A stretch of DNA of 64,000 nt, from NCBI GenBank assembly GCA_000165425.1, contig CT868108.1, forward strand, positions 496,001 through 560,000, in the 5' to 3' direction. The position numbers were made by a program, and so were the translations under genes. The notes under the pieces are model-generated. The model had not been told where the DNA came from. It ran no database searches and worked only from the letters and a program-made list of their open reading frames with translations. This document shows, one piece after another, positions 40,068-51,568 of this stretch (positions are counted from its first letter, which is position 1; the number at the start of each line of letters is the position of its first letter). This DNA comes from Paramecium tetraurelia (taxonomy: Eukaryota).

Positions 40068-41052
40068 TCAAGCAACACCCATCAATTAAAATATAATCAT
40101 CTCTAATTATTGGAGCAAACTCTATACTTTCAAATCAGCAAAGATATCTTGATGATTATATAATATTGATACTTTAATTCTAGATCATTACCATCAAGTC
40201 TTCTTCTTCAATTTAGAATTCATCATAGCAGTAATCAAATAGAATTGTATTAATTGCCATAGGGATTAATATTTGATTATATTAGTTAGCCTGCTTGATT
40301 ATTTAAATGGGATTTTACTGATAGAGCTTGAATCATTTAAACCAATTCTTTTGGTTTCTTATTCAAAATTTGTACCTAGAAGCTGAGTACTTTTTTTAAG
40401 TCATCTACTGACAAGGTTTTTTTGTTTGGTATGGATTCTTTGATTTGTATTCTTTGTGTTGCTTGTATCATAACGAATTGTTGATATTATCCACTCTCCT
40501 CTAATGACATTGCACTTTCCTAGAGCACTTCCTCTGAAATTTATAGATATTAACAAAGATCAATTTATTTCTTTTCTATTAAATTTTCTACCTATTCATT
40601 ATAATCAAGAACCAATTATTGATACAATGAACTGTTGGATTTTGCCTTTGCTTCTCTTCTCTCTAGAGTGATATTATATAAAAATACATTCTCTATTGTT
40701 AAGTGTAATCTCTCTATATTCAGGTTTGACTAGATCAATTGATCTTTGAAATATTTAGATAATTGTATTCATAGATAACAAGTGTCCTTGGAATTCAACC
40801 TTGATTTATTTCGCAGCCTTTTGTAATAGTTATTCGTTGACTTGAACAGAATCCTTCGGAAAATTGGAAATTTGAATTTAGGTATATGTCTCACTATCTT
40901 CTTGTTTACTTTAAGGTTCCGGTTCCTTATTGAATCTTAGATTTAGAATTATCTTACTTGCCGTTATAATATAATCTTCCAATTAAAAAACCTGTTCCAA
41001 CACAAAACAAAATCAAACCAGATTTCTATTTTTTAGATAATGTAGAACCCAT
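40068..41052 (-). CDS. Hypothetical helical protein with possible N-myristoylation site
   Basis: MGSTLS start (MGxxxS), several short introns, and an open spliced frame ending LMGVA-TGA. Confidence 0.55.
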
Positions 41053-41252
41053 TATTAGAATGTTAAAACTTATTAATTTTATTTATAAAATGTAAACTCT
41101 TTAATTTTGAACACTAATAATTGACTCAATAATTTAAGTAACTCTTTCTAAAAGATGATCACAATATATTAGTGATGGGAACTACATTATAAATATTAGG
41201 TGATGTAAAACCTAAATAATAATGCAATGAACATTTATTTAATTATATATAA

Positions 41253-41735
41253 ATGAATAATGCTTAGCTTGTTTTACTCAAAATATAAAGGTTCAATCAA
41301 ATTTATCATATATCCCCTTAATAATGCATGAAAGTCATTTTTTAAAATTGGGAAGCTCGCTTAGTTCAACCACCAGATGCTCAGGTTCCTGTGGAATCTG
41401 TGGAATCGGTAGAAGAGGCTCTCTCCATTTTAAATCAAAATAATCAGGTTCTCTTGATGACACAAGATGAAATCTTGCATTTGGTAACTATGGGATTGAC
41501 AGATTTTAATCACATTGATTGTTCGAAGGTTTAAGAATGGTTTAATAAAAATTATGATAAATATCTACTTTAATATTATTTGGATTAAATGAATGCTGCA
41601 ATGAAATAGTAAATGGTAAACGGAGAAATTCAAATACAGGAGGTAATAATTGATGAAGGTAAACCAAAAGTGGCCAAATTTGAAAATGAATATTATAACA
41701 GAGAAGGATTGGAATTTGCAAAATCCCTTAAATGA
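41253..41735 (+). CDS. Hypothetical protein, 160 aa
   Basis: Uninterrupted code-6 ORF MNNAQLVLLKIQRF...GLEFAKSLK-TGA, 483 nt. Confidence 0.75.
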
Positions 41736-41763
41736 ATAATATTAATATTTATTATATATATTA

Positions 41764-42315
41764 ATGCACACAAATTACGCATATGAGAGTAAATTTTAAA
41801 AATTTTATCTTATACGAATAATCTAATTATTCGAGGATAAAACTCTGAGATAGCCATTCAAGGAAATCAAACTCTATTCAAATAACTAAACACCAAGAAA
41901 ATAAAATCAAATTTAATAATAAAGTCAATAAGTATACGATGGAGAAATGTATATTTCAACAAAAGAATTAAAAGAAATACTCGAGTCTTTACCAAAATTG
42001 TAGACGAAAATTAATTTGTCTGAACATTTTAAAAAGAAGATAGGATCAAGTTAAAAGTGTTCATTCGCTTCAGTAAAGGAGACAATATCCCTAATAAAAC
42101 AAAAAAATGAAAAATAACTATAGGAGATCCAAACTGAAAGAGTGATTAATAACTTTTTAAAAATCAGATCAATGGGTACTGTAAGGTAAAATTAAATTCA
42201 CACTTAATCTTTGGAAACATAAGAAAATATCAATCATCAGTTTAATATTAAATTTATCTTGGTTTTAATAATCATTTTATTCTATTATCTATTAGATGAT
42301 TGTTATATCAGATGA
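41764..42315 (+). CDS. Hypothetical tail-anchored protein, 183 aa
   Basis: Uninterrupted ORF MHTNYAYES... ending with the hydrophobic segment IKFILVLIIILFYYLL, then DDCYIR-TGA. Confidence 0.7.
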
Positions 42316-42355
42316 ACACTAGGATAGAATTTATTTTTATATCAAATTATAATAA

Positions 42356-43120
42356 TCAATACATTAAATCTTTCAAACTAAGTTACACTTACATTGTTTA
42401 TTTGGATACTGATTTTGGATTTTCCTTATCCGTAAAATCTAAGATTATATAACTAGGGGCAGGATTTTGACAGATAAATTTCTTTTTATTTGATGAAACA
42501 TTGGTTTCCAATATGATGTATTTTAGATTTTGGGAATCCTAAGGGTTTTGCTTTTTCTAAGGAGTTTTGGACTTTGATTTACTTTGTGCTTTTTGATGTG
42601 CAGGTGTTAATTCTTTCTAAGGTTTAGCATAATTAATTTAACGACTTTTTTAAGGAGAAATTTATTCTTAATTTAAATACAAAAAGTTAAATCTCTGTTT
42701 TGGTTCATCTTGAATCTGATAAAATTGTGATGATTCCTATTTGAACAATTATTAAGGCTAATTATCATTAAAATATGTTTCGGAAACTTTGCTACTGTTC
42801 TTTTTATATGAATATTCTATATTATATTATTGATCTTGTTCCTGTTATTTCGGTTAAAAACTCAGCTTCTCCTACTTGAATGAACAATCCAAAGGAGGAA
42901 ACTCGTGATCAAACTATGATTGGTATTATTATTTTTCAGGGGAAGTAATCTCAAAATTAGGCAGATCATTAATGTCAATTTGATTGGAAGAATTATTGTC
43001 TATTGAATTTTTCTGATACCATGTCTCTCTTACAGGCTGAGAGTATTATTTGAAATGATTTTAAATTGATTATTCTGAATTGGTTAATGAAGGCAATTTA
43101 TAATTATCATGATTATTCAT
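42356..43120 (-). CDS. Hypothetical Q/N/S/K-rich protein, 254 aa
   Basis: Uninterrupted 765-nt ORF MNNHDNYKLPSL...LKDLMY-TGA with AAAATG start context. Confidence 0.7.
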
Positions 43121-44598
43121 TTTTTTTAATACTCTTAAATTATTCACAGTTTAAAGTTGAAAAAATGAGTGGATCAAGATGCAAATAGTTTTACAACGGA
43201 TTTTGATTGGCATTTACTTTGACGTCTTTCAGTGAAGAAACAGCCTAAATGATATATGAACCATTACTTTGGCCAATTCCCCTAAATTGGTAATCTCATT
43301 AGAATACAAATCCAATCTTAATTCTTCCAACTGTCTCTGCTTGCTTAACAATTTAATGATTCCGAACTCAAGACCGACATCATTGATGCTGCATCTTCCA
43401 CAACCCAAATGCAAGATTTTCAACTATTAAGAGAAGAGATTTCTGCACAATTGAATCAATCCTATACCATTGTATACATAAATTACCTGTACTCCAAATG
43501 CTATTTCGATACTAACTAAAACCATTAAAGTTCAGGGACAAGCGTTGCAACTTCAAATTATCAATAGTTTAACCTTAGAAATTAGTAAATAGTGTTACCA
43601 ATGTAATAAATGCAGTTTTCATCTAAGCAATTTAATGATAGATCTAATGAAAAGTCTACAATGGTATCTGGAATGACTAATTAATCAAATTTAGTTAATT
43701 TATTGCCTTTCAAGTCAAGGGTCAACTTCTGAAGGTTGGGAATCATAATTTGTCTTGTGATTCCTACATTGCATTTGTCAAATCGTATAAACAACTCCTT
43801 CAACTATTAATATTTACTGAAACCAATTAAGTCAATCGGTTTATCTAATATCAATTCGACCTTCTCGATGGAATCTGTTAATGTGGTCAGTTGTGGGTAA
43901 CAGTTATTCAGCACTAGAGTTTTAGAGATGTTGAAATCGTCTATGTCTATATTTTAAGCTTCTTCTGGTGAGAATATGGTTATTTTAAAATTGGGGTATT
44001 CTAATTATTTAGACAATTTAATCTTGTCTTCAAATTAATCTAAGATTTCATGGAAGTCTTCTTGAATCTGAGGTATATTGATGAATGGAGGTTAGGTGGC
44101 AGTTGAACACAGTTATCCATACAAGTAATCAATTTACTTTTGCTTAGGGTTTTTAGATTTTTGATTTGTTAAGTAGTATCTTAATTAATCTTCGATTTGA
44201 TCATCCAATAGAAATGTTTAATTTTGTCCACATTTTTAGTAATGTATAATTTAATTTTTAATGTATTGAAGTATTTACTTTTATTCTTCGAATTGAAATT
44301 TTAATTTTTATATGAATGAATTAATCCTAGTTTTAAATGTCTCGTATAAAAATGTTCTTAATTTCTCTATTGAATCCTCGAATTACTTTTTATTGAAACC
44401 AAAATCAAGGATGTCTTAAGACAAATACTATCCCAAAATTGGCTAGGCTTATAATAAGAATTCTTCCAGCAACTTGGCTGTGTAATTCTTTGATAGAATG
44501 CATCTCTAACACAAGAGAACTGGTTCCTTAGCTTAAGGTTTCACATTTATATAGATGGCCACTTAGTTATGCTGTCTGCACTTAAACACACTATTCAT
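43107..44598 (-). CDS. Zn-finger (CxxH...CxxC) + coiled coil + leucine-rich repeat protein
   Basis: MNSVFKCRQHNQ...LLCQRC; LRRs LQKLTLDLKGNKL, LKILHLGCGRCSINDVG and LEELRLDLYSNEI. The stop is 43107 if the last 23-nt intron is spliced, otherwise 43229. Confidence 0.8.
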
Positions 44599-44953
44599 TT
44601 TTTTAAATTTATCTAAAATTAATAATACTATTTAAATAATGATATAATTAAGTATTTATTATAAATTTTATTCTAAATTTACTTCAATCATTTCAAGAAG
44701 CCGCCTTTTCACAATTATCAAAATTTTCTTAGGCTCTACTAAATTAAGCAGCAAATCTAAATTTTATGAACTTACTTTTGTCCCTTTTTCTGGAGCTCTC
44801 CAAAAATATGAGTTAATATTTGTATTAGATGCATTTGAGGTGGAATAGGAATAATTAATTTGCAAAAATTTTGGTAGGAAAATAAATTAATAATAAAGAA
44901 TAAAATAACTAATTATATTTCTCTTTTATTTGTTAATCTAACATTTTTTTTAT

Positions 44954-46668
44954 ATGTAAATCTCCAATCGTTCAATAGAAGATTACAAAAACCATAACTA
45001 CACTAACAAATTACTATTAAAAGCCTCAAATATTCATATGAAACCAAATGAAACAATATCACCGATAAGAAAAAAAAGTATGATGGATTCCAATATACCG
45101 TCCATTTATAATGAAACTGATAGAATGACTGATAGAATTAGGTTATAAATGAGGGAGAAGAATAAATCTTGTTGTAATATGCCTGATGAAGACATTTCGG
45201 ATTCTCCTTTTTAGAAATACTCCTAATTTGTTATAATGAACCAGAATGTTAAATAACTTATGATTGGTATTGAAAAGAAGCTGAAGAACTTCAAGTTTGC
45301 AAAAGAGAATGATCACAATTCATGTGCATCAATCATTGCCAAAATGAAGTGTTTTTGCTTGGACAACTGTTGTTTCGATTTTTATCGTTGTACAGACCTT
45401 ATCCTCTTGAAATATCTGATTTACTTACTAATTCAAGAATTAAACTCTAATAAGATAGGCGATAGCACAAGTTGTTTGTCGGATTAGCCACCTCCTTAAT
45501 TAAAGAATTTGATCAAAGATGCAATCGCCATAATGCATGAGACTGTTGAGGAGTTAAAGAATAAACAATTGATTGACAAAAATAGCAATAAATCTATTGA
45601 TTAATTGAATAAATAGATTAAAAAGATGTAGTAAGTGATGGGAGGGTCGAACTAGAGTTACGATGTATTTACGACTCCGCAATCGAATATCAAAAAGATT
45701 GACCTGTTTTTAAAACAGCAGAGTGCAACTCAGAAGAGAGAAATCAATTAAACTTCGCCATCTTTAAATTCTGAAAAGATTATATAATTTCAGATTGATG
45801 AATTATCAATGAAAAATGATCAGATTTAAAAACTAAATGGTAGGATCAAGGATTAAGAATAAGAAATTAAGATTCTCACTCAATAAATAGCTGAGGCCAA
45901 TTTGAGTTTACAAATATCCTAAAAGTCCCTCCAGAATAAAGAATCAGAGGTATCCATTTTTTATGAAATATTAGATGAAAGATCTGATAAAGAAAACAGA
46001 CAAATTATTGGAAACCACCAGTCAAGCTCTAAAGGATAAGGAGGCATACCAGAATACTTGTAAATCGATCAAGTAGGATCATGATCAGTTAAAAACTTTG
46101 TTCGATGATTTGTACTAAATATTCCTATTCTTAATTTTAGATAGAAAAGCAACCAAAGTATAATACAGGAGTATCATGTATTGAGACAATCACAAAATGA
46201 TTCATAGGATTCAGACATGCAGAAATATAAATCGGATGAGGAAAGGTATAAATAGGATCGCGAATTGTTGGATAAGAACAATGTAATTGTATGAAATACC
46301 TATATATAATTATAATAGAAGTAATTAAAAGCAGATGGATTAGCGTTGGGTTCATAATTGAAGGATATTTCCAATAAAATAATGTAGGTTTCGCCAGACT
46401 TACTACCAAAATCTCTATAATAATTGTAAAGAGATCTGTATTTGTAAGAGAGTAAGATAAATGAAAAACTCAATAATATTCAATATGTGTAATTAGAACA
46501 AAGTAATAAGCCTAACTCAATGTAAAAGTTGCAGTAGAAATAAATTGTGAATTAGAATCAGAATTAATATTTGAATCAATACTAAAATTAGAATCAACAA
46601 TTTGAGCACCAGCTAAAATCTATCAAAAGTCATTCAGACATTATGACAATGATTTTAATATAATGTGA
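44954..46668 (+). CDS. Hypothetical coiled-coil protein with Cys-rich patches
   Basis: Long code-6 frame from MQISNRSIEDY, with heptad-rich K/Q/E segments, short introns and TGA at 46666-46668. Confidence 0.7.
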
Positions 46669-46694
46669 AGTAATTGAGAAGTTTATTAATTGAA

Positions 46695-48121
46695 TCATTA
46701 TTGTTATTATTATAATTCATAAATTTATACATAAGCCTCACTTACACTGATAAGTTAAGGAACAATATTTTGTTTATGCAAATCTTGAATTTAGAACCAT
46801 TGATTGTTGGCCTCGTTTTTAACATGAATTTTGTAGATTCCAACTTTGGCTGTTCCCTCATGACAAATATTGGCTATTAAATTATACTTGACATTTTATT
46901 ATTCCAAGTTTAAGCCTAAAAATGATATAATATAATATTTATACATTAACTCAAATCCAAATCATTTAATGGGAAGGTAACAATAGTTGGGTTCTTTTCC
47001 ATAAAGAAATTATTTTTGATGAATCTCTTCATATGTATAATCAAATATCTAAAATAATGTAAAGGAAGAGAGATACTTGGGAAACTTGGTAATTGTGTAT
47101 CTTCTTCTGCCATCAGCACTGTCTGTATTAGTGAATCCGTCGTACTTTTTAATTAATTCTTGAATCGATATACTGGGAATTAGAGCCTTTTAACTGCCGT
47201 CCTTTTAGAGTGGAGTTGAAGGTAGATCTAAAGACAGATAGCTAAGGAATAAGGATATCAATATTACAAGAATGATTTTTATTCGATAATTGGAATTGGT
47301 TGATATCCAATGGCATTTTTAAGTGGTTTGTACCATTCGTATTGCAATTCTCCTTGGAAACAATCAGATATGATAGTATTGATTTTGTTGATGTGCAATA
47401 ATTCTTTTTTAAGGTTGTCTAGAAACCAGATGATCAAATGCATAGGATCTGATTGTTATCCGATTTTGAATTGTTTATTGCTTTTAAGAGTGACAGCTTG
47501 GAGCAATTCATGAGGACTCACGTGTCCTTTGTAATTCCGAGGATTCCAAATTTTTCTCGTTAATTCTGAGAATCTTTGGGATAGAAGACAATTGTAATCG
47601 AAAGGTTCTGTGGCACTCTTTTGGAATTGCAAGAAGATCATGAAATTTCTCAATGGTTTGATACGACACAAGGCTTGCATGACAACATTGAAATAGTCTG
47701 ATTTGCTTAGATTGTTCAATCCGACAAACCCTGGCAGGAATGTAGTTCCATCCAAGGCTCTGGATTCTTCGACATTATCATCCAATTCCTTAAGATTATT
47801 AAATTTAGGATCTAGATTATATTGGATATCTTCAAGTGAATGATCGACCACTTCATAGTTATCTGGTAAACAGTATATTTTAGTATTTTGAAGATTCATA
47901 AATAAGTGATGGTCTTATTCGAGTGAATGAATGTAGGCTTGGGTATTGATGGATTTCCCTTAGTAATATTTGCCGCAGATGAGACACACATACACATTCA
48001 GATTTGAAAGAGTAACGGAGCATAATTTTTCGAAATCAAAATCGAGCATGTGTCGACATATGGTGGCGATGTATGGACATTATTGGTTGTATTTAACCTT
48101 TTTCTTGATTTCGTCTATCAT
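46695..48121 (-). CDS. USP39: U4/U6.U5 tri-snRNP-associated protein 2 (USP39/Sad1), ZnF-UBP + inactive USP domain
   Basis: CPYIATICRHMLDFDFEKLCSVTLSNLNVYVCLICGKYYQG and YCLPDNYEV. GLNNLSKSDYFNVVMQAL has Asp at the catalytic Cys position, as in USP39. Also KGHVSPHELLQAV. Confidence 0.95.
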
Positions 48122-48144
48122 TTAATAATTTAATTAATTAATTC
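48122..48144. promoter_or_regulatory. Minimal divergent intergenic spacer (putative bidirectional promoter / 5' UTRs) between USP39 and STT3
   Basis: Only 23 nt (ttaataatttaattaattaattc) separate the two opposite-facing ATGs. The spacer includes the self-complementary AATTAATTAATT. Confidence 0.6.
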
Positions 48145-50466
48145 ATGAGTTCTGAAGAAGAGACCCAATAATCGTTGCCATATAAGGTGCACAAGTCCAC
48201 TTTGAAATGGGCACCAGTGTTCAATATGACAATTCTATTGTCAATAGCAATAATCTCATGTTTGATAAGAGTGTTCTCCGTGATCAGATATGAGTCCATC
48301 ATTCATGAGTTCGATCCATGGTTCAATTACAGAACAACCCAATATTTGGTGAAGGAGGGACCCTATGCATTATGGAATTGGTACGATTCAGAATCTTGGT
48401 ATCCCCTTGGTAGAAGCGTTGGAGGCACAGTGTATGATATCCATCCTATTTATTAAGATATCCAGGATTAATGATGACATCTGGTATGATATATTGGGTG
48501 TTACACAAACTGTCCATTCCAATCGACATCAGGAATGTCTGTGTCTTCTTGGCACCCATCTTCTCAGCATTTACAAGTCTAGCAGCATATGGAATGACAA
48601 AAGAGATAACCAAGAGGTCCGAGGCTGGATTGTTGTCAGCTCTGTTTGTGGCCATAGTCCCATCCTACATGAGTAGAAGTGTGGCAGGATCATACGACAA
48701 TGAAGGAGTGTCTATTTTTGCCCTCGTCTTCACATTTTACACCTTCCTCAAGACTGTCAACACAGGATCCATCCTCTGGGGAGTCTACACAGCCTTAGCG
48801 TAAAATATATATAAATATCAACAATTAGCTTTTTCTACATGGTGGCCTCTTGGGGTGGATATGCATTCATCATCAACATTATACCTATTTTTGTGTTGTT
48901 TTTGTTAATAACAGGACGTTCAAATTCTAGAATCCAAGTGGCATACAATGTTTTCTACATCTTGGGAACATTGTTGGCAATGCAAATTCCCTTTGTTGGA
49001 TTCTAAGCATTACATTCCTCAGAACATATGGCATCACATGCAGTTTTCATTTTGATTAACTTCCTTAACTTTTTCAGTTGGATACGAAACTTTGTGAGCA
49101 AAAAAGCCATCATAACACTAACGAAATTCTTAATAGTCTTTTTAGTGTTCTCCATTTTGGTCGGAGTTGTCATCCTAACTCTGGCTGGTAAGACACAATG
49201 GAGTGGCAGAAGTTTGACTCTACTTGATCCAACCTATGCAAAGAAATACATTCCAATCATAGCATCTGTCTCAGAACATCAAGCTACTACCTGGTCATCC
49301 TTCTTCTTCGATTTGCATTATTTGATACTCTTCTCCCCAGTCGGATTATACTATTGCTATTACAAACCAACTGAAACCAAGATATTCGGGGCTCTCTACA
49401 CAGTCCTTGGAGTCTACTTTGCTTCAGTTATGGTCAGATTGCTCTTGGTTCTTGCCCCTGCTGTGAGTATTATGGCTGGAATTGGAATTAGTTGGGCATT
49501 CAGAAAATTCGCTAAGTCTGTCAGATCATTCATATTGCCAAAAATAGAAAAACCCAAGAAGTACAGAATCCCTCCTGAGATAGCCATTATCGGCCTAGTA
49601 ATATTAGGATACTATTGTTCCATTTATGTTCTTCATGCCAATTTTGCTGGATCAGAAGCCTATGCCTCTCCATCCATCATTCTCTCCAGCAGAGACAGAC
49701 AAGGAAATAGAAACATCATTGATGATTACAGAGAAGCCTACTATTGGCTCAGAATGAACACAAGGCCTGATGACAAGATTATGTCCTGGTGGGATTATGG
49801 CTATTAAATTACAGGAATGTCTAATCGGACGGTCTTGGTTGATAATAACACTTGGAATAACACACACATTGCTACTGTTGGTATGGCAATGGCTTCATCT
49901 GAAGAAGATGCCTTTGAAATCTGTGAAAAATTGGATGTGGATTATGTATTGGTGATCTTTGGTGGTATCTTGAATTATTCAGGCGATGACATAAACAAAT
50001 TCTTGTGGATGGTCAGAATTGGTGGTGGAGTCTATCCACACATCAAAGAAGAAGACTATTATGGCAAAGGTACTTATAGAGTAGATCAATATGCAACTGA
50101 GACCATGACCAATTCACTCATGTACAGACTCAGTTATTACCGTTTTGATGAAGTTCAAACTGCTTATGGACAACCTAAAGGTTACGACACTGTTAGATAG
50201 GCTGTGATTGGAGTCAAGGGATATAAGTTGAGACATTTTGAAGAAGCCTTTACTTCAGAAAATTGGATTGTACGTATATTCAAAAGAAAGCAGAGAGAAA
50301 ATAGGTATTATATCATTCCAACTATATTTATAGAGATGGAGTTGCATTCACTTCAAAATCTACCTCATAATTTACCATTCCTAAGGAATTCAGCCCTGTT
50401 ACAAAGTTTTCTAAAAAAGCCAACACCAAATAGAGATCTACCCTAAGTTTTTAAAATAATGAGTGA
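48145..50466 (+). CDS. STT3: Oligosaccharyltransferase catalytic subunit STT3
   Basis: [46 protein letters not shown] and DINKFLWM. Three short introns. Confidence 0.97.
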
Positions 50467-50478
50467 TTTTATGTATAT

Positions 50479-51265
50479 TCATAAATATTAGATCAATAAT
50501 TCCTCATACTTTGTATGGATCAACTGATTCAATTGGATTTACTCATATTCCATCTGTAAACTCTGTTTGAGTCTTCCAAAAAACTCTTTCAATTCTTCTT
50601 TCTCACTCTTCTTCAAAAACTTTTTTATTTATTGCATAAAATCCTTGATCTTTACTAACTCATCCAAAAAGCCAACAATAAAACTTAGTTCTTTTCCATC
50701 CTTTAAAGTTGATATCGAATAATCAAAAACTTCCAAAATTTTAAAAAAATATTCAACATGAAAATCAATAGAAAATATTTTCTTGATGTTGTCTTCGCTC
50801 TACATTTATAAAATACTAATTTTTAGATCAAAAACTGTACTTCATTAATTCAGCATAATTTTCTTATGTTAATGGTTTGATGTAATATTTAGAGAATAAG
50901 GTTCTAAAGTCCCTGAAGTTTTTGCATTAAATCTCTTTGATATTTAATTATAACTGATTGATGTCCTCTTGAGTGGGTTGCTGATATTTCTGATAGGAAG
51001 AATTGAAAATTTTGTCATTATTGGTTTCATTGAATCCAAAGTTGGCCAATTCCTTGGATTTGATTGTGTAGAGATTTGCTCCCAATACCATTTATCTGAA
51101 CCCTTCATAATCGTGATGATAAAGGACTGCCTTCTTTTTTGCTGAATCGACATTGATTCTTTGATGCTCAATGTTGATTTCTTTTTAGAATTCTTCTCTG
51201 ATATTTTAACAACTCAATTGCATATCCTTCTCAGTCAGCTTTTTTTCATGAATTCCTCCGTACAT
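50479..51265 (-). CDS. CCDC103: Axonemal dynein attachment factor CCDC103/DNAAF19-like
   Basis: EHQRINVDSAKKKAVLYHHDYEGFRQMVLGANL matches the Dynein_attach_N motif (NxAKxRAV...YeeFr.lV.aahL), followed by a helical RPAP3_C-like region. Confidence 0.8.
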
Positions 51266-51309
51266 TAAATTATTAAAAATACTTATAATTAATCAATCAA
51301 TATAATAAT

Positions 51310-51555
51310 ATGAGTCAATTAGACCAAGAAGGCTGGAGTGGACAAATGTGTTTGAAATCAGAGGGAGATTCAATTGAATAACCATAGCCTGAATCGGATA
51401 GAGAGGAGCAGATTGTCGGAGCGTTGTCAACTGAGGAGAGCAAGATTTTTAAGAAACTGAGATTCAACTCGAAGATATAAATTTTAGATGAAAAGAATAA
51501 AAAGCCGTAGAAACTATTTTGTTATTCAATTCTCAAAAAAAGATAATAATTTTGA
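51310..51555 (+). CDS. Small 81-aa protein with RVxF-like and SILK motifs
   Basis: MSQLDQEGWSGQMCLKSEGDSIEQPQPESDREEQIVGALSTEESKIFKKLRFNSKIQILDEKNKKPQKLFCYSILKKRQQF-TGA. It is GC-richer than its flanks and fills the gap between two genes. Confidence 0.65.
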
Positions 51556-51568
51556 TAGTTTGGATGAA

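Noticed and set aside
47690..47740. Missing catalytic Cys in the USP domain as a novelty
   Set aside because: This is the expected, known feature of USP39/Sad1.
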